From contig JBDRRP010000129.1 in the NCBI GenBank assembly GCA_043825735.1, positions 1 through 64,000 of the forward strand: a stretch of 64,000 nt of DNA, given 5' to 3'. This stretch comes from Pseudomonadota bacterium. GTDB taxonomy: Bacteria; Desulfobacterota; Desulfobacteria; Desulfobacterales; JBDRRP01. A program made the position numbers and the translations under genes. Below are positions 54,316-63,044 of this stretch, piece by piece; the stretch's first letter is position 1; each line of letters opens with the position of its first letter. Below the pieces are notes generated by a model that made no database searches, was not told the DNA's origin, and worked only from the letters and a program-made list of their open reading frames with translations.

Positions 54316-56247
54316 ATGACCACTCAGCGAAATATCTATCTACAAATGAAAACCCTGGCCGAAGCCCGCAATATCCTCTTCACCCGATTCGGCAGCAGGC
54401 GTATCAGCGCCGCCGAATCGGTGCCGGCCCCTGACGCAGTGGGCCGCACCCTGGCCGAACCGGTGTTCGCCCGGCTGTCGGCGCCCCATTTTCACGCCGC
54501 CGCCATGGACGGCATCGCCGTTCGCGCTGCAGACACCTTCGGCGCCAGCCAGGCGCGCCCTAAAGATCTCGCCGTAGGCGGCCAGGTGCGCTTCGTCAAC
54601 ACCGGCAACGTAATGCCTGAAGGATGCGATGCGGTCATCATGATCGAGCAGGTCCAGCAGGTAGATCCGGGCCGGGTGCGCATCGAGGCGCCGGCATTTC
54701 CCTGGCAGCACGTGCGCAAAATGGGCGAAGACATCGTCGCCACCGAATTGCTCTTTGCCCGCCACCATGTGGTGACCCCGTATTGCGTGGGAGCGCTGCT
54801 GGCCGGGGGCGTGTTCTCGGTCCCGGTGACGATGCCCCCGCAAGTGGTAATCATCCCCACCGGCTCGGAGCTGGTGGACTGGCAGGGCACGGAGCCGGCA
54901 GACCTCAAACCGGGCCAGGTCCTGGAGACCAACGCCACCATGCTGGGGTGCCTGGTGACGGCCTGCGGCGGCCGGTTCGTGAAAGCGCCAAAAATCGCCG
55001 ACGATCCGGCCGCCATCGAAGCCGCCGTGGCCGAGGCCGTTGACAGGGGCGGCGACATCGTACTCACCGTGGGGGGATCATCGGCCGGCAGCGCCGACCA
55101 CGCCAAGACCGTCCTGGCCGCCCGCGGCGAAGTGCTGGTTCACGGGGTCACCATCATGCCGGGAAAACCCGTGCTGATTGCCGATATCGGCGGCACCCCG
55201 GCCTTCGGGATCCCGGGATACCCGGTCAGCGCCATCATCGCCTTCGAGCAGTTCGTAAAACCGTTGATCCTGTCCCTGCTGGGGCGAGCCGACACGACAC
55301 GCGTCGAGATCCTTGTGTCCCCCACACGAAAAATTCCCTCCAAGCTGGGCGTGGAGGAATTCTTAAGGGTTAAACTCGGCCGAGTGGGCGAGCGGGTGGT
55401 GGCCACTCCGCTGCCCCGCGGGGCCGGCTGCATCACCACCATCACCGAAGCCGACGGCATCATCCGCATCCCCACTGCGGTGGAAGGGCTCTCCGAGGGC
55501 GAGCCGGTGCCCGCGGCGCTGCTGCGCCCGGTCGAAGCCATCGACAAGACCATTGTCGTGGTCGGCAGCCACGACAACACCCTGGACATCCTGGCTGACC
55601 AGCTCAAGCGAGACGCCCCGCAGGTCAGCCTTTCCTCCAGCCACGTCGGCAGCATGGGCGGGCTGATGGCCCTGAAAAAAGGGGTGTGCCACGTCTCCGG
55701 CACCCACCTTCTGGACACCGCCACCGGCACCTACAACGTCTCATATATCCACAAATATCTTCCCGGAATGGACGTGCGCCTGGTGCACCTGGTTTGCCGG
55801 GATCAGGGGCTCATCGTCCCCCGGGGCAACCCCAAAGGCATCACCGGCATCGGCGATCTGGTGCGCGAGGACGTCTCGATGATCAACCGCCAGGGCGGCT
55901 CGGGCACCCGCATCCTGCTGGACTACCGACTGGCCCAGCTTGGGATTCAGTCCGAGGCCATCCGCGGCTACGGCAACGAGGAGTTCACCCATATGTCGGT
56001 GGCGGTGGCCGTTCTCAGCGGAGCCGCCGATGTGGGGCTCGGAATCCACGCTGCGGCCAGGGCCCTGGACCTTGATTTCATCCCCGTGGTGACCGAAGAA
56101 TACGATCTCGCCATTCCGGCGGTCTTTATGGACACCGAAATCATCGGCTCCCTGCTGACCACCATCCGCACCGCGGACTTCAAAGCCCGGGTGGACGCTC
56201 TGGGCGGCTATCACACTGAAAAGACCGGTGAGGAAAAGCCCCTTTGA
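54316..56247 (+). CDS. MoeA fused to a periplasmic-binding-protein-like (molybdate/tungstate) domain
   Basis: AMDGIAV, PTGSEL, PGKP, GIPGYP; C-terminal VGSHD, GSMGGL, INRQGGSGTR, HMSVAVAV, EEYDL. Confidence 0.92.
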   Translation: MTTQRNIYLQMKTLAEARNILFTRFGSRRISAAESVPAPDAVGRTLAEPVFARLSAPHFHAAAMDGIAVRAADTFGASQARPKDLAVGGQVRFVNTGNVMPEGCDAVIMIEQVQQVDPGRVRIEAPAFPWQHVRKMGEDIVATELLFARHHVVTPYCVGALLAGGVFSVPVTMPPQVVIIPTGSELVDWQGTEPADLKPGQVLETNATMLGCLVTACGGRFVKAPKIADDPAAIEAAVAEAVDRGGDIVLTVGGSSAGSADHAKTVLAARGEVLVHGVTIMPGKPVLIADIGGTPAFGIPGYPVSAIIAFEQFVKPLILSLLGRADTTRVEILVSPTRKIPSKLGVEEFLRVKLGRVGERVVATPLPRGAGCITTITEADGIIRIPTAVEGLSEGEPVPAALLRPVEAIDKTIVVVGSHDNTLDILADQLKRDAPQVSLSSSHVGSMGGLMALKKGVCHVSGTHLLDTATGTYNVSYIHKYLPGMDVRLVHLVCRDQGLIVPRGNPKGITGIGDLVREDVSMINRQGGSGTRILLDYRLAQLGIQSEAIRGYGNEEFTHMSVAVAVLSGAADVGLGIHAAARALDLDFIPVVTEEYDLAIPAVFMDTEIIGSLLTTIRTADFKARVDALGGYHTEKTGEEKPL

Positions 56248-56275
56248 AGACTCAAAAATCAATTTTCAATGAACA

Positions 56276-56410
56276 TTAATGGCCATGTAAAAATCTGAAA
56301 TCACCACAGAGGACGCAGAGACCACAGAGATAACCCAATAATTATTAAATATATTCTCTGCGTTCCTCTGCGATCTCTGCGGTTCAAAATCCCTTTTTAC
56401 GGTTTCAACA
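56276..56410. repeat. ~135-bp palindromic element
   Basis: Close direct homolog of 15608-15745. Confidence 0.85.
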
Positions 56411-56422
56411 TTGAGTATTGAA

Positions 56423-56836
56423 ATGGTTTTCGAGCAGATCGATCACACGGCCGATGTCGGCCTTAAAATCATCGCGGACTCGGCCGCGGCGCTTTTCAGC
56501 GAAGCCGCGCGCGGCATGTTTTCGCTCATCGTGTCCGGTCCGGCCTCCGGCGTCACCGAAACACGCGAGATCCGGATTCAAGCCGACGACTGGGAAGGGC
56601 TGCTGGTGGCCTGGCTGCGAGAGCTGCTCTACCTGTGGCACTCGGAAAACAGGTGGTTCTGCCAAGTGGTGCACGCGACGGTGACGGCCCATGCAGTCAG
56701 CGCCACAGTCAAGGTTGACAGATTTGATCCCGCTATCCACGTTATCTGCAGCGAGATCAAAGCCGTCACCTACCACCAGATCGCCGTGGGGACCGACGGC
56801 AGGCAGTGGACGGCGCGCGTGATTTTCGACGCTTAG
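56423..56836 (+). CDS. Archease
   Basis: DHTAD, LLVAWLRELLY, EIKAVTYH, terminal IFD; adjacent to rtcB; start 56411 or 56423. Confidence 0.92.
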   Translation: MVFEQIDHTADVGLKIIADSAAALFSEAARGMFSLIVSGPASGVTETREIRIQADDWEGLLVAWLRELLYLWHSENRWFCQVVHATVTAHAVSATVKVDRFDPAIHVICSEIKAVTYHQIAVGTDGRQWTARVIFDA

Positions 56837-56942
56837 AGTTATAAGCACGTAAGAGATGACAGATTGCAGAAAAGGCGAAAACCGATTGACTCGCGCAGAG
56901 ACGCTGAGGCGCAGAGAAAAGCGAACATCGAACGAGGAGATC

Positions 56943-58376
56943 ATGGACTTAAAACGCATCGACGACTATCGATGGGAGCTGCCCCGCACCGGTGACATGC
57001 GCGTGCCGGGGCGGGTGTTTGCCACGGCGGAAATGCTCGCCGCCGGCGATGCCGCCGCACCGCTCAAACAGGTGGCCAACGTGGCCACCTTGCCGGGAAT
57101 CGTACGGGCGTCCCTGGCCATGCCGGACATGCACTGGGGCTATGGGTTTCCCATCGGCGGGGTCGCCGCCTTCGACTGGGAAACCGGCGTGGTCTCGCCC
57201 GGCGGTGTCGGCTATGACATCAACTGCGGCGTGCGCCTGGCGCGCACCGATCTCATGGAGGCCGATGTCCGAAGACACCTGGAGCCACTGGTCAACGCCC
57301 TTTACCAGAACATCCCCTCGGGTGTCGGATCCACCGGCCCGCTCAAGCTCAGCGAAAAGGAGGAAAAGCGGGTGCTGGTGAGCGGCAGCAGATGGGCGGT
57401 AGAAAACGGGCTCGGAGAGGCGGCAGATCTGGAATACACCGAAGACGGGGGCTGCCTTGCCGGGGCCGACCCGTCGGTTGTCAGCGACCGCGCGCTGAAG
57501 CGCGGCCGCCAGCAGTTGGGGACACTCGGCAGCGGCAACCATTTTGTGGAAGTGGGTGTGGTGGACGAGGTGTTTGACGACACCATGGCCGCGGCCTTCG
57601 GTCTTCATACCGGGCAGGTCACCCTGATGCTCCACTCCGGCTCGCGGGGGTTCGGCTACCAGGTCTGCGACGACTTTCTGGCCCAAATGAACGCTGCCGC
57701 CCACACCACCGGCATCGCGCTGCCGGACCGCCAGCTGGTCTGCGCGCCGCTCGGCAGCGACACCGCGCGGCGGTACCTGGCGGCCATGGCCTGCGCCGCC
57801 AACTATGCCTGGGCCAACCGCCAGATCCTGCTGCATCGCACCCGCGATATATTCATGCGGACGCTGAGCATCGGCCCCCGGGCCCTGGCCATGGATCTGG
57901 TCTACGATGTCTGCCACAACATTGCCAAAAGAGAGCGTCACAGCGTCGACGGCACGGAAAAATGGCTGTGCGTGCACCGAAAAGGGGCCACCCGAAGCTT
58001 TCCCGCCGGTCATCCGGCCCTGGCCGAGCGCATTCGCGGCGTCGGCCAGCCGGTGATCATCCCCGGAGATATGGGCACGGCCTCCTACGTGCTGGTGGGC
58101 ACCCCGCGCGCCATGGAAGAGACCTTCGGATCCACCTGCCACGGGGCCGGCCGGGTGCTCAGCCGCACGGCGGCCATCAAAAAAAGCAAGGGGCGCAGCA
58201 TTCACCGGGAGCTCGAAGACAAAGGCATCCTCGTGCGCTGGACCGGCCGCCACACCCTCAATGAGGAAATGCCTGACGCCTACAAGGACATCTCCCAGGT
58301 GGTGGACGTGGTCCACGGGGCGGGGATCAGTAAAAAGGTGGCACGGCTGCGCCCCATCGCCGTAGTCAAAGGGTAG
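56943..58376 (+). CDS. rtcB: RNA-splicing/repair ligase RtcB
   Basis: MPDMHWGYGFPIGGV, GYDINCG, GSGNHF, HSGSRG, HNIAK, HRKGATR, CHGAGR, AYKD, terminal KG; GAGGAG RBS. Confidence 0.96.
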   Translation: MDLKRIDDYRWELPRTGDMRVPGRVFATAEMLAAGDAAAPLKQVANVATLPGIVRASLAMPDMHWGYGFPIGGVAAFDWETGVVSPGGVGYDINCGVRLARTDLMEADVRRHLEPLVNALYQNIPSGVGSTGPLKLSEKEEKRVLVSGSRWAVENGLGEAADLEYTEDGGCLAGADPSVVSDRALKRGRQQLGTLGSGNHFVEVGVVDEVFDDTMAAAFGLHTGQVTLMLHSGSRGFGYQVCDDFLAQMNAAAHTTGIALPDRQLVCAPLGSDTARRYLAAMACAANYAWANRQILLHRTRDIFMRTLSIGPRALAMDLVYDVCHNIAKRERHSVDGTEKWLCVHRKGATRSFPAGHPALAERIRGVGQPVIIPGDMGTASYVLVGTPRAMEETFGSTCHGAGRVLSRTAAIKKSKGRSIHRELEDKGILVRWTGRHTLNEEMPDAYKDISQVVDVVHGAGISKKVARLRPIAVVKG

Positions 58377-58384
58377 TGTCCGTC

Positions 58385-58509
58385 CACAGGCGGCATCTTT
58401 TGGTCCCCGGCGGCGTTCTCGCGCTTTTGAAATCCTCGGAATAGGACGACTATGCCTGCGGATTCAAAATCGCTCGGGCCTTGCCGGGAACCAAAACCTA
58501 CCACCTGTG
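58385..58509 (+). repeat. Nested-stem repeat, copy 3 of 3
   Basis: GGCATCTTTTGGTCCCCGGC...GCCGGGAACCAAAACCTACC with inner TTTTGAAAT/ATTCAAAA stem. Confidence 0.8.
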
Positions 58510-58861
58510 AACGGACACTCGGATTCACCACCGGCGGCATCTTTCACTGCTGCAATTGAAAAAAAGCCGGCAATCGTCAAGCCGGACTTGATCCTCCATC
58601 CAGAAACCCGTAAAGTCCCCGGACTTTGGTCCAGGCGGCGTCTGAAAATGCCCGATCCCGATAGCGATTTCGAAGAGCGGCGCGTTTTGCGGCAACATAG
58701 GGTTACGGGAGCTTCATAGAGAATCGGAATGTTTAATAATTATTGGTTTGTCTCGGCGCTCTCTGCGTCCTCTGTGGTAGTTTCAGACTTTTTACTGGAC
58801 CATAAAGACTGTATTGCGAAAATTCGCACACCAAGTTTACCGAAAAAAGGATCGCAGTTTT

Positions 58862-59689
58862 ATGAGTCTTATTGAAGCGGTGGTGCTGGGGATTGTTCAG
58901 GGGGTGACCGAGTTTTTGCCGGTGAGCAGCTCCGGTCATCTGGTCATATTTCAACATCTTTTCGGTATCCAAGAACCGGTTGTGGCTTTCGACATCGCGG
59001 TCCACGTCGGCACGCTTGTGGCCGTAATCGCCTTTTTCTTCAAAGACCTCATCGACATCATCGCGGGCGTGATCGCCTTTACGGGCGACTGCCTCCGCCG
59101 CCGCCGCTTGAGCATGCCCGATGCGAGCGCTCCGCATGCCCGCATGGCCGCGCTCATCCTCATCGGCTCCGTCCCCACGGGCATCATCGGCATCGTGTTC
59201 AAGGACATGGCAGAGGCCCTGTTTTCATCGGTTGCCCTGGTGGGCGTCAGCCTGTGCGTCACCGGCGCCATCCTGTGGGGCACGCGCTATCTTAAGGCGC
59301 CCCGCGCCGATGCCGGCGACCCCGGTGTGATCAAGTCCCTGGTAGTCGGGGTGGTGCAGGGCCTGGCCATCATTCCGGGGATATCGCGCTCTGGGTCCAC
59401 CATTGCCGCGGGGCTCTATCTCGGACTGAACCGCGAGAGCGCCGCCCGATTCTCGTTTCTGCTCTCCATTCCGGCGGTGGCCGGAGCCGGTCTGCTGGGT
59501 GCGCTGGATCTGGTGGGCGGCAATGCGATGCCACTGTCGGTCATGGCGACCGGGGCGGTGGCCTCGGCGCTGGTGGGATACGCCGCCCTGGCACTGCTGG
59601 TCTGGATCGTTAAACAAGGGCGGATGCATCTTTTCGCCCCGTACTGTCTGGCGGCCGGGATGGTTTCTCTTTACCTCGGCTTGGTGTAA
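58862..59689 (+). CDS. uppP: Undecaprenyl-diphosphate phosphatase
   Basis: GIVQGVTEFLPVSSSGH, PGISRSGSTI, AARFSFLLSIP. Confidence 0.95.
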   Translation: MSLIEAVVLGIVQGVTEFLPVSSSGHLVIFQHLFGIQEPVVAFDIAVHVGTLVAVIAFFFKDLIDIIAGVIAFTGDCLRRRRLSMPDASAPHARMAALILIGSVPTGIIGIVFKDMAEALFSSVALVGVSLCVTGAILWGTRYLKAPRADAGDPGVIKSLVVGVVQGLAIIPGISRSGSTIAAGLYLGLNRESAARFSFLLSIPAVAGAGLLGALDLVGGNAMPLSVMATGAVASALVGYAALALLVWIVKQGRMHLFAPYCLAAGMVSLYLGLV

Positions 59690-59815
59690 GGTGCGGCATT
59701 GAAAAAGGAACCACGAAGCACACGAAGGGCACGAAGAAAGAATTAGAAACAAACGGTTTATAGAATCTTCGTGTCCTTCGTGAACTTCGTGGTCATCAAT
59801 TTGGAGGCATCCCAC

Positions 59816-61168
59816 ATGAATCCATCCATGTTCAGAGAATACGATATCCGCGGCATTGCCGGAAAGGATATGACCGAAGACGACGTTGAGCGCCTCGGGA
59901 GAGGCATCGGCAGCTTCCTGCGCCGGAACGGTTGCCGGACCCTCAGCGTGGGACGCGACTGCCGGACCACCTCCGACGCCTATGCCGTGCGGCTCATGGC
60001 CGGGATCCTTTCTACCGGCCTCGATGTTGTGGACATCGGTGTCTGCCCTACGCCGCTGCTTTACTTCTCCATCACGGAGTTCAATCAGGACGGCGGAGTT
60101 ATGGTGACGGCCAGCCACAACCCGGCAGAATACAACGGTTTCAAGATGTGCCTCGGGCTCGCCTCCGTTCACGGGGAAGACATTCAGGAGATCCGACGCA
60201 TGACCGAGGCCGGTGATTTCATTACGGGCCGGGGAACCGCGTCCACGGCTGATCCACTGCCCCCCTACCATGCCTTCATAACAGGCAACATCCGCATCTC
60301 ACACCCCCTTCGGGTGGGCATCGACGCCGGCAACGGCACCGCCGGAGTGGTGGCCCTGCCCATCCTGAGAGCCCTGGGCTGCGAGGTGCACGACATCTAC
60401 TGCGACATGGACGGGACCTTCCCCAACCATGAAGCCGATCCCACGGTGCTGGCCAACATGAAAGACCTGATCGCCCTGGTGCGGGAAAAGAAACTGGACG
60501 CGGGCATCGGTTTCGACGGTGACGGGGATCGTATCGGGGTCGTCGACGAGACGGGCCGTATCATTTACGGCGACCGGCTCATCATCATCTTTGCCCGGGA
60601 GATCCTCTCTCGCAAACCCGGGGCGACCTTTGTCTCCGAGGTCAAGTGCTCCAAGGCCATGTACGACGACATCCGCGCCCGCGGCGGACGCGCCATCATG
60701 TGGAAAACCGGCCACTCATTGATCAAAAAGAAAATGAAGGAAGAAAACGCGGCGCTGGCCGGTGAAATGAGCGGCCATATGTTTTTTGCCGACCGGTACC
60801 TCGGCTTCGACGACGCCACCTACGCGGCCTGTCGTCTGCTTGAAATCATGGCGATGTCAAATAAGCCGCTGTCCCGATTGCTGGAGGGCGTGCCCACGAT
60901 GTTCAACACGCCTGAAATCAGGGTCGCGTGCCCCGACGAAAAGAAATTTGAGGTGGTTTGCCGGGTCACCGAATACTTCAGGGCACGCTTTGATGTCATC
61001 GACATCGACGGCGTGCGCGTCCTTTTCGAAGACGGCTGGGGGCTGGTGCGCGCGTCAAACACCCAGCCCGCCCTGGTGCTGCGCTTCGAGGCCATGACCG
61101 AGACACGCCTGGATGAGATCCGGGCCATGGTGGAAAGGGTTTTGGCGGATATTCGGGATAAAGTGTAG
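59816..61168 (+). CDS. Phosphomannomutase/phosphoglucomutase (AlgC-like)
   Basis: FREYDIRG, TASHNP, DGDGDR, GEMSGH, RASNTQP; GGAGG RBS. Confidence 0.95.
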   Translation: MNPSMFREYDIRGIAGKDMTEDDVERLGRGIGSFLRRNGCRTLSVGRDCRTTSDAYAVRLMAGILSTGLDVVDIGVCPTPLLYFSITEFNQDGGVMVTASHNPAEYNGFKMCLGLASVHGEDIQEIRRMTEAGDFITGRGTASTADPLPPYHAFITGNIRISHPLRVGIDAGNGTAGVVALPILRALGCEVHDIYCDMDGTFPNHEADPTVLANMKDLIALVREKKLDAGIGFDGDGDRIGVVDETGRIIYGDRLIIIFAREILSRKPGATFVSEVKCSKAMYDDIRARGGRAIMWKTGHSLIKKKMKEENAALAGEMSGHMFFADRYLGFDDATYAACRLLEIMAMSNKPLSRLLEGVPTMFNTPEIRVACPDEKKFEVVCRVTEYFRARFDVIDIDGVRVLFEDGWGLVRASNTQPALVLRFEAMTETRLDEIRAMVERVLADIRDKV

Positions 61169-61361
61169 AAACCGAAGGGGCCAAGGGTCCGAGGGTTCAA
61201 GGGGTCGAGTGAAAAACACCCCTTTTTTTCGAAATCATGGTTCAATCGCTGTGATTCATTTCGCCAAGACCGGAAAAAAGAAAGCGCATTGTCTGTGGTA
61301 TCGGTCCGCATGAGCTCGCTCGACCCCTTGGCCCCTCGCCGCTGTTAAGCCGTATAGGCGC

Positions 61362-61457
61362 AACCCTTGAACCCTTGAACCCTTGAACCCTTGAACCCTT
61401 GAACCCTTGAACCCTTGAACCCTTGAACCCTCGAACCCTTGAACCCTCGAACCCTCG
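61362..61457. repeat. Tandem repeat, 12 x 8 bp AACCCTYG
   Basis: Nine AACCCTTG and three AACCCTCG units; degenerate related units at 61177-61210 (inverted) and 61318-61338. Confidence 0.97.
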
Positions 61458-61475
61458 TAAAGTAGGAGACGACCA

Positions 61476-61757
61476 TTGCAAGCCCAAAGCACTTTAGACC
61501 TGTCGCAGAAAATCGTTTTCGTCTACAAAACCAACGGTGAAAACGATGTGGCCCTGGAATACCCCCGCACCGAGTTTTACAATGGCCGATATTTTCTGGT
61601 GGGACGGGTTCCCGAGGGCGGCTCTTCAAACGACTGGCTGTCCGGATTGACCACCTATGTGGCATGGGACCAGATCGAAGAGTTCGTCGTCTTCGACTCC
61701 ATCGAAGATTATTTCTCCCGGATTTCCATGGCCTGGACCGATAAGAAGCTGCAGTGA
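61476..61757 (+). CDS. Hypothetical protein (93 aa)
   Basis: AGGAG RBS before TTG; natural composition; 6 nt from the next gene. Confidence 0.7.
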   Translation: MQAQSTLDLSQKIVFVYKTNGENDVALEYPRTEFYNGRYFLVGRVPEGGSSNDWLSGLTTYVAWDQIEEFVVFDSIEDYFSRISMAWTDKKLQ

Positions 61758-61763
61758 AAGCAG

Positions 61764-62363
61764 ATGACCATGCTCTCTTTGCAACGCAAATACGAGTTGA
61801 TACTGGCGGCCGAGGAGGCCTTCACCCGGTCCATTTCCAAAGCGGTTTTCGAAAAGCCCGCCATCTCCCTTTGGATGGTGTTGATTCCCATCCTCCTGGT
61901 GCATTTCATCCAGAGCATGCAAACGTATAAAAACGACCGTCTCACCTTTCAGAAGGAGTATATGCGCTCCCGCCGCAAGGCCTTGGATCTGGCCACAGAA
62001 GCGGTGACGCATGGCAGCGCACCGGATATTGCCGATTGGGTGCGCCAGGCAACACCGTCACCGGACCTTGCCCCGTCATACCGTACGTGGCTGCAAGAGA
62101 TGATCGCCTATTACACTGCGCTGCTCAGGGCCGATGGCGACGATTTTCAAAGTCTGGTGCACGCCGCTTATGCGGACCGCGACGATTTCACTGCAGCCCT
62201 GGAAAAACTGAGGGCCGCCGAAAACGCGTTCAATGACGCCTGCAAACCGCAACTGGCCGCCACGCCCGGCGCCATGGAAGTCATCGAACTCATCGAGGAG
62301 CGCTCGCGCACCCTGCGCCGCGAGCTGGCCAGCGCCGTTTATGATCACCCAAAAAAACCTTGA
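61764..62363 (+). CDS. Hypothetical protein with one hydrophobic segment
   Basis: 199-aa ORF with GC3 bias; LWMVLIPILLVHF segment. Confidence 0.75.
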   Translation: MTMLSLQRKYELILAAEEAFTRSISKAVFEKPAISLWMVLIPILLVHFIQSMQTYKNDRLTFQKEYMRSRRKALDLATEAVTHGSAPDIADWVRQATPSPDLAPSYRTWLQEMIAYYTALLRADGDDFQSLVHAAYADRDDFTAALEKLRAAENAFNDACKPQLAATPGAMEVIELIEERSRTLRRELASAVYDHPKKP

Positions 62364-62397
62364 CACGAAGCGGCGATTTCCCATAAAGAACAATAAA

Positions 62398-62411
62398 ACA
62401 GACCGGTCGGT
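62398..62411. promoter_or_regulatory. Probable TetR operator
   Basis: ACAGACCGGTCGGT palindrome (12/14) between TTGACA (62360) and the TetR start. Confidence 0.65.
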
Positions 62412-62432
62412 ATATTTTATGGGGATCGCACA

Positions 62433-63044
62433 ATGCCCACCACCAAGGGAAATCTCACACGGCGACACATCGTCGCGCGCGCCCTTCAGCTCTTCACCGT
62501 AAAGGGCTATTTCAACACCTCCATCAGCGACATCCTCCTGGCCACGGGGCTGACCAAGGGCGGGCTGTACGGCCATTTCGCCAGCAAGGAGGACATCTGG
62601 CTGGCCGTCTACGATGCCGCCGTCATCACCTGGCGCGGCGTCGTTTTGACCGGGTCCCGGGAAATCGCCGATCCGCTGGAGCGCATCGAAGTCACCATAG
62701 AGCGAAACCTGCGCGATTACCTGGGCGGCGAGGTGTTCGACGGCGGCTGCTTCTTTTTCAACATGCTGGTGGAGCTTTCCGGACAGTCTTCCCGCATGAG
62801 CCGGCACATCCTCAAAGGGTTTGTGCGGTTTTCGAAATTGATGCAGCAATGGCTTTCGGAAGCCAGGGACCAGGGACTGGTGGCGCCGGACCTGGACGTC
62901 AGGGAAGTGGCTGATTTTATCGTTATCGCCGTCAACGGGGCAGCCCCGCTTTACGCGGCCAGCCGGGACCCAAAGATCTGGGAACTGACCATCCACCAGC
63001 TACATCACTACATCCGGCACCTGCGTCGGGGGGGCAGGCCATGA
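62433..63044 (+). CDS. TetR/AcrR-family transcriptional regulator
   Basis: LFTVKGYFNTSISDILLATGLTKGGLYGHFASKE HTH; GGCFF motif. Confidence 0.93.
   Translation: MPTTKGNLTRRHIVARALQLFTVKGYFNTSISDILLATGLTKGGLYGHFASKEDIWLAVYDAAVITWRGVVLTGSREIADPLERIEVTIERNLRDYLGGEVFDGGCFFFNMLVELSGQSSRMSRHILKGFVRFSKLMQQWLSEARDQGLVAPDLDVREVADFIVIAVNGAAPLYAASRDPKIWELTIHQLHHYIRHLRRGGRP

Noticed and set aside
12324..58316. Long antisense ORFs (12324..13547, 16610..17818, 27683..29221, 30920..32107, 43185..44465, 47363..48541, 53089..54291, 56949..58316)
   Set aside because: Shadows of well-supported genes, expected in GC-rich DNA; no recognisable motifs
61242..61665. VQGFKGSR-repeat ORFs and possible CRISPR array
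   Set aside because: Translations of an 8-bp tandem repeat; no spacers and no cas genes
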